From assembly GCA_028712475.1 (NCBI GenBank), contig JAQTQB010000010.1:50077-114076 (forward strand): a DNA stretch of 64,000 bases. The letters are read 5' to 3'. Source of the stretch: Verrucomicrobiales bacterium (GTDB lineage: Bacteria; Verrucomicrobiota; Verrucomicrobiia; Limisphaerales; UBA11358). The notes below the pieces were generated by a model. That model was given only the letters and a program-made list of their open reading frames with translations, was not told the DNA's origin and did no database searches. Within the stretch, counting starts at the first letter, position 1, and every line of letters begins with the position of its first letter. The position numbers and the translations under genes are program-made. Positions 27,937 through 36,543 of the stretch are shown here, piece after piece.

Positions 27937-29466
27937 ATGGCCTTAAAACTGTTCAACACGCTGTCCCGCTCCGTCCAGGAGTTCGCCCCGCTCAATCCCG
28001 CCGGCAAGAAAGTCGGCATGTATTGCTGCGGCCCGACCGTCTATGACTTCGCGCACATCGGCAACTGGCGCACTTTCGTCTTCGCCGACCTTGTCCGCCG
28101 GGTGCTCGAATTCTCCGGCTACGATGTGCAGCACGTCATGAACATCACGGACATCGAGGACAAGATCATCAAACGAGTTAATTCGTTGAAGAGTTCAAGC
28201 GATGAAGCGATAAAGCGGTCGGACGCTCAATCGCTTCAACACTCAATCGCTTCAACACTTCAACCTTTGCGTGATTTCACCGGCAAATTTGAAACCGCCT
28301 TTCTCGACGACTTGAAAGCACTCGGCTGCCGCGAACCGCACGTCAAACCCCGCGCCACGGAATACATCGCCGAAATCATCGCGCTCATCGAAAAGCTCAT
28401 CGCGCGCGGCGTCGCCTACAAGGCGGCGGACGGCTCGGTCTATTTTTCCATCACCAAATACCAAGGTTGCGGCTGCCATTACGGCCAGTTGCTCAAACTC
28501 AATTTCGACGAGATGCGCGCCGGCGAACGCGTTTCCAGCGATGAATACGAGAAGGAATCCGTCGCCGACTTCGCGCTCTGGAAGGCGCGCGTGCCAGACG
28601 ACGGCGATATTTTCTGGCCCAGTCCGTTCGGCGAGGGCCGGCCCGGCTGGCACATCGAGTGCAGCGCCATGAGCATGAAAGTGCTCGGTGAAAGTTTCGA
28701 CCTGCACCTCGGCGGCGAGGATCTGAAATTCCCGCATCATGAGGACGAAATCGCCCAGAGCGAAGGCGCGACCGGCAAGCCGTTCGTCAAATACTGGCTG
28801 CACGGCGCGCATCTGCTGGTCGAGGGCAAGAAGATGAGCAAGTCGCTGGAAAATTATTTCACGCTGCGCGATCTGCTCGCCAAAGGCTTCACCGGCCGCG
28901 AAGTGCGCTATCTGCTGCTCACCGCGCATTACCGCGAGACATTCAATTTCACGCTCGATGGTTTGCACGGCGCGAAGTCGGCACTCGCCCGCATTGACGA
29001 GTGCGTTGGCAAATTGCGCGAGGTTGGAGCGCCGGCCTCCGGCCCGGCACGAACCGCTTCACAACTCGCCGGGTCGGAGACCGGCGTTCCGCTGCTCGCC
29101 AACTTCACCGCCGCGATCTCGGACGACCTGAACATCTCCGCCGCGTGGGGCGCGGTGTTTGAATGGGTGCGCGAAACGAACAAGAAGCTGGCAGAAAATA
29201 CCTTGAGTTCAACGGACGCCGCTGTAAATCTGGCTGCATGGGAGAAAATTGATTCCGTCCTCGGCATCAGCGTGAAAACGGAAACGGAAATTCCCGCTGA
29301 AATTCTGGCGCTGGCTGAAGCCCGAACCGACGCCAAGAAAGCCAAGGACTTCAAGCGCGCCGACGCCATCCGTGATGAATTAAAAGCCAAAGGCTGGGTC
29401 ATTGAAGATTCGCCCAAGGGAATTAAATTAAAAAAGTGTGAGCAAGGGATTATTCATCAGCTTTGA
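27937..29466 (+). CDS. cysS: Cysteine--tRNA ligase (carries an in-frame repeat-derived insertion)
   Basis: HIGN (FAHIGNWRTF) and KMSKS motifs. 509 aa. Confidence 0.93.
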   Translation: MALKLFNTLSRSVQEFAPLNPAGKKVGMYCCGPTVYDFAHIGNWRTFVFADLVRRVLEFSGYDVQHVMNITDIEDKIIKRVNSLKSSSDEAIKRSDAQSLQHSIASTLQPLRDFTGKFETAFLDDLKALGCREPHVKPRATEYIAEIIALIEKLIARGVAYKAADGSVYFSITKYQGCGCHYGQLLKLNFDEMRAGERVSSDEYEKESVADFALWKARVPDDGDIFWPSPFGEGRPGWHIECSAMSMKVLGESFDLHLGGEDLKFPHHEDEIAQSEGATGKPFVKYWLHGAHLLVEGKKMSKSLENYFTLRDLLAKGFTGREVRYLLLTAHYRETFNFTLDGLHGAKSALARIDECVGKLREVGAPASGPARTASQLAGSETGVPLLANFTAAISDDLNISAAWGAVFEWVRETNKKLAENTLSSTDAAVNLAAWEKIDSVLGISVKTETEIPAEILALAEARTDAKKAKDFKRADAIRDELKAKGWVIEDSPKGIKLKKCEQGIIHQL

Positions 29467-30094
29467 AGGCACGGAAGGCTGCGGCAAATCCACGCAGGTG
29501 GAATTGCTCGTGCAACGGTTGCGTGCGCTTGGCTATTGCGTCCGCAAGCATCGCGAACCGGGCGGCACGCCCATCGGCGAGGAGATCCGCCACACGCTCA
29601 AGCACAGCCAGCACAATCACGCGATGACCGCCGAGACCGAACTGTTGTTGATGAATGCCAGCCGCGCGCAGCTCGTCCGCGAAATCATCCGCCCTGCCCT
29701 CGCCGCCGGAGAAATCATAGTGTGCGACCGCTTTTACGATTCCACCACGGCGTATCAAGGTTACGGCCGGCAACTGGACCTGGAAAAAGTGAAGGCCGTC
29801 ATCGAGTTTGCTGTCGGCGAAACGAAACCCGACCTGACCTTGTTTGTTCACGTCCCGCCGGAAGTCAGCGCGGAACGGCTGCGTTCGCGCCAGGAAAATC
29901 TGCCGTTCGTCCGCGACCGCATCGAGGAAGCCGACCGGAAATTTTTCGAGCGCGTGGCCCGCGGCTTCGGCGTCATCGCCGCCGCGGAACCGCAGCGCGT
30001 CAAGTTCATCAACGGCGCGCAACCCATCGAGACCGTTTGCGCCGCCATCTGGGAACACGTCCAGCCGGTTTTGCCGAAGCTCGGGCGTTGGTGA
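29438..30094 (+). CDS. tmk: Thymidylate kinase
   Basis: Reads MSKGLFISFEGTEGCGKSTQ (P-loop). GTG start overlaps the cysS 3' end by 29 nt. Confidence 0.9.
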   Translation: MSKGLFISFEGTEGCGKSTQVELLVQRLRALGYCVRKHREPGGTPIGEEIRHTLKHSQHNHAMTAETELLLMNASRAQLVREIIRPALAAGEIIVCDRFYDSTTAYQGYGRQLDLEKVKAVIEFAVGETKPDLTLFVHVPPEVSAERLRSRQENLPFVRDRIEEADRKFFERVARGFGVIAAAEPQRVKFINGAQPIETVCAAIWEHVQPVLPKLGRW

Positions 30095-30134
30095 ACGCAC
30101 TTGCCGAATTTCCAAGAGCGAATACTTTTATTGC

Positions 30135-30467
30135 ATGATCGAAAACACGATTAGCGAAATTGAAGCAAAGATTCATGGGTCGAGTTCCATCAGCACCGAA
30201 CGCAAGCGTGAGCTGCTCCAGTTGCTCGGCACGCTGAAATCCGAAGTCAGCGCCCTCGCCAAAACGCACGACGAACAGGCCAGCAGCATCGCCAACTTCG
30301 CGCAAACGTCCGCACACGAAGCCACGCGGGAAAAACAGAATCAGGAATCGCTCGAACTTTCGCTGAAGGGTTTGCGTTCGTCGGTGGACGGTTTTGAACA
30401 GTCGCATCCCAAGCTCGTCCAGATCGTCAACAACATCAGCAAGACGCTGGCGGATTTGGGGATTTAG
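30135..30467 (+). CDS. Small helical protein, DUF4404-like
   Basis: 110 aa from the ATG at 30135 (internal Met of ORF 29844..30467). Helical, with a C-terminal ..HPKLVQIVNNISKTLADLGI end that I recall as typical of DUF4404. Confidence 0.55.
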   Translation: MIENTISEIEAKIHGSSSISTERKRELLQLLGTLKSEVSALAKTHDEQASSIANFAQTSAHEATREKQNQESLELSLKGLRSSVDGFEQSHPKLVQIVNNISKTLADLGI

Positions 30468-30471
30468 CCTC

Positions 30472-30565
30472 GTAGCAGCCGACGTGAGGAGGCTCTAATT
30501 TCCCTTGGCATTCTGATGTCGGTTTAAGATGAAGAATTACAGAGCCGACTCACATCGGCTGCTAC
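30472..30565. repeat. GTAGCAGCCGA-type inverted-repeat element between convergent genes (probable bidirectional terminator)
   Basis: The arms GTAGCAGCCGACGTGAGGAGGCTCT (30472-30496) and AGAGCCGACTCACATCGGCTGCTAC (30541-30565) are complementary at 21 of 25 positions. The left arm is identical to 32883-32907 inside aroA. Confidence 0.65.
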
Positions 30566-30574
30566 GGATTTCTT

Positions 30575-31213
30575 TTAATCAGCTCGCGGTTCCAGCTTCG
30601 CAATCGCCGCCATGATTTCGTCTGCGACTTCCTGGTAGATTTCCTTGAGCCTCGGCTTGGAACAAACCTTTGCCTCTGCGCGCAGGGTTTCAAATTTCAT
30701 CGGCCTGCCGTATTTCACTGCGACCCGGAACGGGCGCGGAAATTTGTGATTCCGCCCATACGCCTCAAAAGTTCCAAACGTCCGCACCGGAATCACCACC
30801 GCGTCGGATTTGACCACGGTCAGCCCGATGCCCGAACGCGCCGGCTGCAATTTGCCGTCCGCCGTGCGCGTGCCTTCGGGAAATAAAATGATGCCGCCGC
30901 CCGCGATCAGCCGGTTCAGGATTTCCCGCAAGCCCGCCGCGCCGCCGCCATCGCGATCCACCGGCACGGAGTTCCACGAACGCAGCAGCGCGCCGATGCC
31001 TGGAAAGCGGAACAGACTTTCGCGCGCGAGATAATTGATGGCGCGCGGCAAGGCGCAACCGACCAGCGGCGGGTCGAGAAAACTTGCATGGTTGGAAGCC
31101 AGGATGACGCCGCCCGTTCGCGGCACGCGTTCGGGATTGAACACGCGCCAGCGGAAATAGACCGCGAACATCGCGCGAAAGCCAAGCCAGCCTAAGCGAT
31201 AGGACAAGTTCAT
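30575..31213 (-). CDS. plsC: 1-acyl-sn-glycerol-3-phosphate acyltransferase
   Basis: NHASFLDP (HX4D) and FPEGTR motifs. The start MNLSYRLGW overlaps the cmk stop. Confidence 0.85.
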   Translation of the reverse strand: MNLSYRLGWLGFRAMFAVYFRWRVFNPERVPRTGGVILASNHASFLDPPLVGCALPRAINYLARESLFRFPGIGALLRSWNSVPVDRDGGGAAGLREILNRLIAGGGIILFPEGTRTADGKLQPARSGIGLTVVKSDAVVIPVRTFGTFEAYGRNHKFPRPFRVAVKYGRPMKFETLRAEAKVCSKPRLKEIYQEVADEIMAAIAKLEPRAD

Positions 31214-31869
31214 TTCGTTGCCGGCAGCATCGCGCGAATCTCCTTCAGCAGCCACCCGCTTGTCTGGGCGGAAGTCATGTTGGAGTTGTTCAGGACTTTT
31301 GCACCCAGCGCGATCATCAAGGGTGCCGCCGCCCGCTGACTGTCGCGCTGGTCGCGCGCGGCCAGATTTTCATTCACCCCGTCAGCCGCGCGACGTTTTG
31401 TCCGCTCCTCCAGGTGGGCGTCCAGATAAAATTTGTAGTCCGTTTCCGGGAAAACATTCGTCCCGATGTCACGGCCCTCCATCACCAGATCGCCGAACTG
31501 GATGCAATCCCGCTGTGCTTTTTTCATCCATTCGCGCACCTTGGGGATGACGGCGATCAACGACACGGCCAGGCTGGCCTCGGCGGTGCGGATTTCTTTT
31601 TCCGGAAAATAACCGTTCACCAGCAGATGCACCGATTTCAGCCCATCCTTCTCCACACATTCCAATTTGGTCTTCCATTTCCGGCACGCCGCCGCCACGG
31701 CCTTGGCATCGTGCGGATCAATCCGGTTCTGCATGCAAAACCACGCCAGCGTGCGATACATCGCACCGGTGTCCACATAAACGTAGCCAAGCGCCTTGGC
31801 CACAAGCTTGGAGTTGGTGCTCTTGCCGCTGGCGCTCGTGCCGTCAATTGCTATGACAATGTTTTTCAA
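31210..31869 (-). CDS. cmk: Cytidylate kinase
   Basis: IAIDGTSASGKST P-loop. TTG start. Confidence 0.9.
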   Translation of the reverse strand: MKNIVIAIDGTSASGKSTNSKLVAKALGYVYVDTGAMYRTLAWFCMQNRIDPHDAKAVAAACRKWKTKLECVEKDGLKSVHLLVNGYFPEKEIRTAEASLAVSLIAVIPKVREWMKKAQRDCIQFGDLVMEGRDIGTNVFPETDYKFYLDAHLEERTKRRAADGVNENLAARDQRDSQRAAAPLMIALGAKVLNNSNMTSAQTSGWLLKEIRAMLPATK

Positions 31870-31942
31870 TTTTGTTAAATGGTTAAATCGTTGAATGGTT
31901 GAATCGTGAACTGCTGCAACCGATTTAACGATTCAACGAGTC

Positions 31943-33454
31943 TCAATCCGCAAATAATTCCTCAACCGCCAATTTTCTTCCAGTTTTCGCGTCACGGATT
32001 TCCGCGCCCAGGCCGTGCGGCGGTTGCGCGGCGAGCTTCTGGAAAAAGTTCGGGAACGTCTTCTTCACGCAGGCGGGATTTTTAATTTTTATGCCGGGAA
32101 CCTTCAATCCCAGAATCGCAAAACACATCGCCATGCGATGGTCGTTGTAGGTCTCAATCTCCGCGCCGTGCAACGACGACGGCCATACCGTCAGCGTGTC
32201 ACCTTTCTCGACTACTTTCGCGCCGCACTTGGTCAACTCCGTCCGCAAAGCGATAACGCGCTCGCATTCCTGGACGCGCAGGCGGCCAAGGTCGGTGAAT
32301 TGATTTGTTTCTACCGAACACGCCAATAAATCCGTTGACGATAACACAATTGCCGTCATGATGCTGTCGCCCAAATCCAGCTTCCGCGAAATAATAGCGG
32401 TCTTAAAAGATTTCTTAACCAGTTTTGGTAGCTCCACGGACAGGTTGCCGCTCTTTTTTGCTTCAAGAATCAAACGGTGAGTTTCGCCGAGCGAAATTAC
32501 TTGAGGGAAATTTTCATCAATTTGCCATCCGGTTTTCGGCCAATTAAGAACTTCTATGTCAAAGTTGCCGTGAACCACATGACCAAGCCGAAATGGTTCT
32601 GGTAGAGATAATTTAAGTTCTGGCAAATTCGGAAAATCTTCGGCCCACGGAGCGATTTGTCCGGCCGCCCAAAAATAACTCCCGCTGCTTGCATCCGGCT
32701 CGATTTGAAAAGTTCCGCCGTTTTTCGGAAACACTTCCATCAATTTTGCAGTCATCGCCACATACGGCGATTCCTCCGCATTCTCGCCAACGATTTCAAT
32801 CTCCCAGCCGCCTTGCCTGGACGAAAGCAACAACGCCGACGCAAACTGTGAGCTATCCTCGATGCTGACTTTGCAATGCTTCGTAGCAGCCGACGTGAGG
32901 AGGCTCTGACTTTCCTTTTCAGTTTGAGCCTCGCTACCTCGGCTGCTACCACCGAAAATCTTCACCGGCAGCCTGTCATTCCCCTTTTCAGATTCGACGC
33001 GATAGCCCAGTTCTCGCAACGCCTGGAACAGCGCGGCCTGCGGACGCTCGTGCATTCGCGGCACGCCGCTCAAACGATACACGCCATCGCCCAGACAAAC
33101 GAACGCCGACAAGAACCGCGCCGCCGTGCCCGCATTGCCCACAAAGAGTTCCAACGGCTTTTCCGCCGTGCCCGCGTTCGGAATTTTCCCGCCAAGACCT
33201 TTGACCGCGATGGTGCGGTTGCAAGGTTCGTCCGGATCATTTTGTTTGCTGACCTCAAACCCGAGTTTTTGCAGACAATCGAACATGATCTCCGTGTCCT
33301 CGCTCCACAGCGCGCCCTTGAGCGTCACTTCGCCATCGGCCAGCGCGGCGAGGATCAGCGCACGGTTCGTGATGCTCTTGGAACCGGGCACGGTGATCTC
33401 CGCGCGCACGGGCTTGTTGAGCGGAACGATTTCGATGAGGTCGGGTAAAGACAT
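31943..33454 (-). CDS. aroA: 3-phosphoshikimate 1-carboxyvinyltransferase (EPSP synthase), with lineage-specific insertions
   Basis: Starts MSLPDLIEIVPLNKPVRAEITVPGSKSITNRALILAAL. Also contains EPDASSGSYF and RVQECER motifs. Confidence 0.9.
   Translation of the reverse strand: MSLPDLIEIVPLNKPVRAEITVPGSKSITNRALILAALADGEVTLKGALWSEDTEIMFDCLQKLGFEVSKQNDPDEPCNRTIAVKGLGGKIPNAGTAEKPLELFVGNAGTAARFLSAFVCLGDGVYRLSGVPRMHERPQAALFQALRELGYRVESEKGNDRLPVKIFGGSSRGSEAQTEKESQSLLTSAATKHCKVSIEDSSQFASALLLSSRQGGWEIEIVGENAEESPYVAMTAKLMEVFPKNGGTFQIEPDASSGSYFWAAGQIAPWAEDFPNLPELKLSLPEPFRLGHVVHGNFDIEVLNWPKTGWQIDENFPQVISLGETHRLILEAKKSGNLSVELPKLVKKSFKTAIISRKLDLGDSIMTAIVLSSTDLLACSVETNQFTDLGRLRVQECERVIALRTELTKCGAKVVEKGDTLTVWPSSLHGAEIETYNDHRMAMCFAILGLKVPGIKIKNPACVKKTFPNFFQKLAAQPPHGLGAEIRDAKTGRKLAVEELFAD
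32883..32949. repeat. GTAGCAGCCGA-type hairpin repeat inserted in-frame inside aroA
   Basis: Arms at 32883-32907 and 32926-32949 are inverted repeats. Positions 32881-32907 are identical (27 nt) to 30470-30496. The element encodes ..SSRGSEAQTEKESQSLLTSAAT... Confidence 0.65.
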
Positions 33455-33460
33455 TTTTAA

Positions 33461-33594
33461 CCACAGATAAACACAGATGGACACAGATGCGGAAAAATTC
33501 CGACACGGATTTCACCGATTAACCCGGATTCAATCTGTGAAAATCCGTGAAATCCGTGTCTGGCAAATCTGTGTTTATCTGTGCCCATCTGTGG
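33461..33594. repeat. Nested palindromic element built from 10-bp-phased CACAGAT words
   Basis: Left: three tandem decamers containing CACAGAT (33461-33489). Right: three inverted copies (33567-33594). Inner inverted repeat is CACGGATTTCAC/GTGAAATCCGTG. The element lies between the tyrA stop and the aroA start. Confidence 0.6.
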
Positions 33595-33599
33595 TTGAT

Positions 33600-34484
33600 T
33601 TATTCCGATGAAGCGGTCGTGGCTTTTGCGCACCATCTGTCGCGGCGTTGCCTGGCGGTCGCAAAGATTTTTTCAACGGTCCTAGCGTCGCCGCGTTTGA
33701 GCGCGCTTTGGAATTTTTTCAACTCCGCCACAAACGCATCCACCGACTGTGAAAGGTTTTTGCGGTTGGCCAGCGCGATGTCGCGCCACATCTCCGCCGA
33801 ACCGGACGCGATGCGCGTGGTGTCGCGAAAACCGGTCGCGCACAAGGCGGCCTGCGTTTTGGGACGCGCCGGATTCAAAACCAGATTTGCCAGCGCCGCC
33901 GCGACGACGTGCGGCAGATGACTCGAACGGCTGACGAGCAGATCATGTTCGCCCGCCGTGAGCCGCAGCGTGCGCGAGCCAAGCGATTTCCAGAATGTCT
34001 CCAGCTTGCGAACGGCGGTTGCATTGGACTTTTTCGTCGGCGTCACGATGCAGACTGCGTTCTCGAACAAATCCGCGCGCGCAGCCAGCACGCCTGTTTT
34101 TTCGCCGCCCGCCATCGGATGGCTGCCCACGAAATGCGCGTCCGCCTTGGCGATGATTGATTCCAATTCGCGCACGACACCGGCTTTCACGCTGCCGACA
34201 TCGGTGACAATCGCGCCGCGTTTGAGTGCCGGAAGAATTTGCTCCGCGAGCGAACGCATCTGCGCGAGCGGCGTGCAAAGGATGACGAGGTCGGCATTGG
34301 AAACGGCGGCGAACAGATCCGTCACGGCATAATCCACCGCCCCGGCCTTTTCACAGTCCTTCAAGCTCGCCGCGCGGCGGACGAACCCGGCAATCTCGCC
34401 ACCCAGCCGATGCCGCCGGACGGCCAGCCCGATGGAGCCTCCGAGCAAACCGACGCCGATGATGGTGATCTTCCGAAATTGCAC
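33600..34484 (-). CDS. tyrA: Prephenate/arogenate dehydrogenase
   Basis: Rossmann motif IIGVGLLGGSIG plus PDH-like sequence. I favour the GTG at 34484 (MQFRKITIIG) because of the conserved leader it shares with queA. The TTG at 34499 is the alternative. Confidence 0.85.
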   Translation of the reverse strand: MQFRKITIIGVGLLGGSIGLAVRRHRLGGEIAGFVRRAASLKDCEKAGAVDYAVTDLFAAVSNADLVILCTPLAQMRSLAEQILPALKRGAIVTDVGSVKAGVVRELESIIAKADAHFVGSHPMAGGEKTGVLAARADLFENAVCIVTPTKKSNATAVRKLETFWKSLGSRTLRLTAGEHDLLVSRSSHLPHVVAAALANLVLNPARPKTQAALCATGFRDTTRIASGSAEMWRDIALANRKNLSQSVDAFVAELKKFQSALKRGDARTVEKIFATARQRRDRWCAKATTASSE

Positions 34485-34502
34485 GCCAGTGAGTTTCAAG
34501 TT

Positions 34503-35582
34503 TCAAGTTCCAAGTTTCAAGCTTGTTCCACGCCGTGCGGCTTCGTGGCAGGCGTCTAAAACTTTTTGCGTTTTCAGCGCCCACTGCGGCCAGTCCTCAT
34601 TAAGATTGCCGGAGAAAATCTGGTTTGCAAAATTGCGGAACATGAGGGTGTCCTGTGCCGTCGCGTGACCTTGCCATGCGGGTTCGACACCCGGCGGGCA
34701 TTTCACGCCGGACACCGTGCGGATTTCAGCATCGTTGACCTCGAACGCCGGCTCGTAACTGTCGAGCGCATGGACGAAGCCTGGCACGCGCAGCCAGCCT
34801 TTCTGTCCGCAGACGTGCGCCCATTGCTGCCGGGCGGCGAGAAAGGAACAATAAAACCCCGAGGAAGCGCCGCCGTCATAAATCAGTTCGCCGGTAAATT
34901 CCGTTGGTGCGGACGTGCCGGATTGCAAAAGAATTTTGCCGGTGACTTCGCGCGGCAGTTGCCAGTTCATCGTCCAAAGCGCGAAACGGATGCAATACCA
35001 GCCGAGATCGCCGAGGCAGCCGGCGGGTTCCAGCGCGGCGTTCACGCGGATGTTGTCGCGGGAAAAATTTCCGTCGCCATAAAAACTGAAGGCCGAAACA
35101 ATCCGGCGGATTTCGCCGACGCTCTGGCCGTCGTCCAAAACCTCGCGAAGCTTCGCCATGCGCGGGCTGTGCATGAACATCACGCCGTCCATGAACTGCA
35201 CGCGGTGTTTCGCGCACGCAGAAATCATTTCCTCCAGTTCGGCGGCGCTCACGGCGCACGGTTTTTCGCAAATGATGTGCTTGCCAGCCGCCGCCGCGCG
35301 GAGAACCCATTCCTTGCGGAGGCCGGTCGGAAGCGGAATATAAACCGCGTCCACTTCCGGCGAGGCTATCAATGCTTCATAGCTGCCGAGCGCATCGGGC
35401 AAAATGTCGAAGGAATTTTCATCCTGACATTCGCGAATGAATTCACGGCTTTTATTCACGTCGCGACTGGCGACGGCGGAAACGACGCAGTTGCCGGAAT
35501 TGAAAATCGCCCGCCAGTTTTTCCTGCCGATGCCGGCGGTGCTCAAAAATCCGATGCGCAGTTGTTTCATATCCGGCTTCAA
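34503..35582 (-). CDS. Gfo/Idh/MocA family NAD(P)-dependent oxidoreductase
   Basis: N-terminal Rossmann region IGFLSTAGIGRKNW and the EKP motif (ICEKPCA). Confidence 0.8.
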   Translation of the reverse strand: MKPDMKQLRIGFLSTAGIGRKNWRAIFNSGNCVVSAVASRDVNKSREFIRECQDENSFDILPDALGSYEALIASPEVDAVYIPLPTGLRKEWVLRAAAAGKHIICEKPCAVSAAELEEMISACAKHRVQFMDGVMFMHSPRMAKLREVLDDGQSVGEIRRIVSAFSFYGDGNFSRDNIRVNAALEPAGCLGDLGWYCIRFALWTMNWQLPREVTGKILLQSGTSAPTEFTGELIYDGGASSGFYCSFLAARQQWAHVCGQKGWLRVPGFVHALDSYEPAFEVNDAEIRTVSGVKCPPGVEPAWQGHATAQDTLMFRNFANQIFSGNLNEDWPQWALKTQKVLDACHEAARRGTSLKLGT

Positions 35583-35622
35583 TTGTAGGGGGCAAGGAAT
35601 CCCGGTTCAATTTCCGATGCAG

Positions 35623-36498
35623 TCAAAGTTTCATCGCATCGTCCACAAAGGTGGTGAACCACGGCTCCGGTGCGCAGGAAAACTCCTTCGGCTCGTCACG
35701 CCAGACGAAGCGCACGGAGCGGGCATGGAGGGCGTGGTTTTCAAAAATGAGCCGGGCGCGCTGTTCGTCGGTAAGACGTTGCTGGACGAGGGCGAGATAC
35801 AAATCCTCGTCGCCACCATAAATTTTGTCGCCGACGATGGCGTGGCCGAGATGCGCGAGATGGATGCGAATCTGATGCTTGCGACCGGTGCGCGGCTGGA
35901 CGCGGAGCAAGGAAAACGCGGATGGAGGGTGGAGGATGGAGGATGGATTGGGGCAGCCCACCTCACCCCGACCCTCTCCCCTCATCTGATGGGCCGAGAG
36001 GGATAATGGTTCGCCAGCCTTCTGTGCAATCGGACGCGTAATTCTTCGCTCGACCCAGTATTCGGTCTGGGCGGCGGCACCGTCGGGGCGCACGCAATCT
36101 TTTACGGCGACGACGCTGTATTCGTCTTTTCCGAGCGGCGCGTCAATGATGCCATGATCTTCGCGCACATGGCCGTGGACGATGGCGAGATATTCTTTTT
36201 CAATGGCGCGGCCTTCCAGAATTTTTCCCAGCTCGCCCGCAACGGCGGAATTTTTCGCCACGATAACCACGCCGCTGGTTTCGCGGTCAAGGCGGTTGAC
36301 TAGGTGGGGCGAGGCTACTGACGAGCCGTCGTCTCCAAGCCCGGCTCGCGCGGACGCTCGCCCCACCAAATGCAGCCGCACCCGGCCAATGAGGCTGGAC
36401 ATCTCGCCGCTCTTGGTCGGATGGCAGACGAGGCCGGCGGGTTTGTTGATGACCAGCAGCTCGTCGTCTTCGTGGATGATGTCGAACAGTCTTCCCAT
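35623..36498 (-). CDS. RluA-family pseudouridine synthase (two in-frame repeat-derived insertions)
   Basis: NRLDRETSG catalytic motif, plus TGRKHQIRIHLAHLGHAIVGDKIYG. Confidence 0.85.
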   Translation of the reverse strand: MGRLFDIIHEDDELLVINKPAGLVCHPTKSGEMSSLIGRVRLHLVGRASARAGLGDDGSSVASPHLVNRLDRETSGVVIVAKNSAVAGELGKILEGRAIEKEYLAIVHGHVREDHGIIDAPLGKDEYSVVAVKDCVRPDGAAAQTEYWVERRITRPIAQKAGEPLSLSAHQMRGEGRGEVGCPNPSSILHPPSAFSLLRVQPRTGRKHQIRIHLAHLGHAIVGDKIYGGDEDLYLALVQQRLTDEQRARLIFENHALHARSVRFVWRDEPKEFSCAPEPWFTTFVDDAMKL

Positions 36499-36543
36499 TT
36501 CCGCAACTTGTTTTCGGTTCAGGCTGGCGTATCATTTGCGCCG

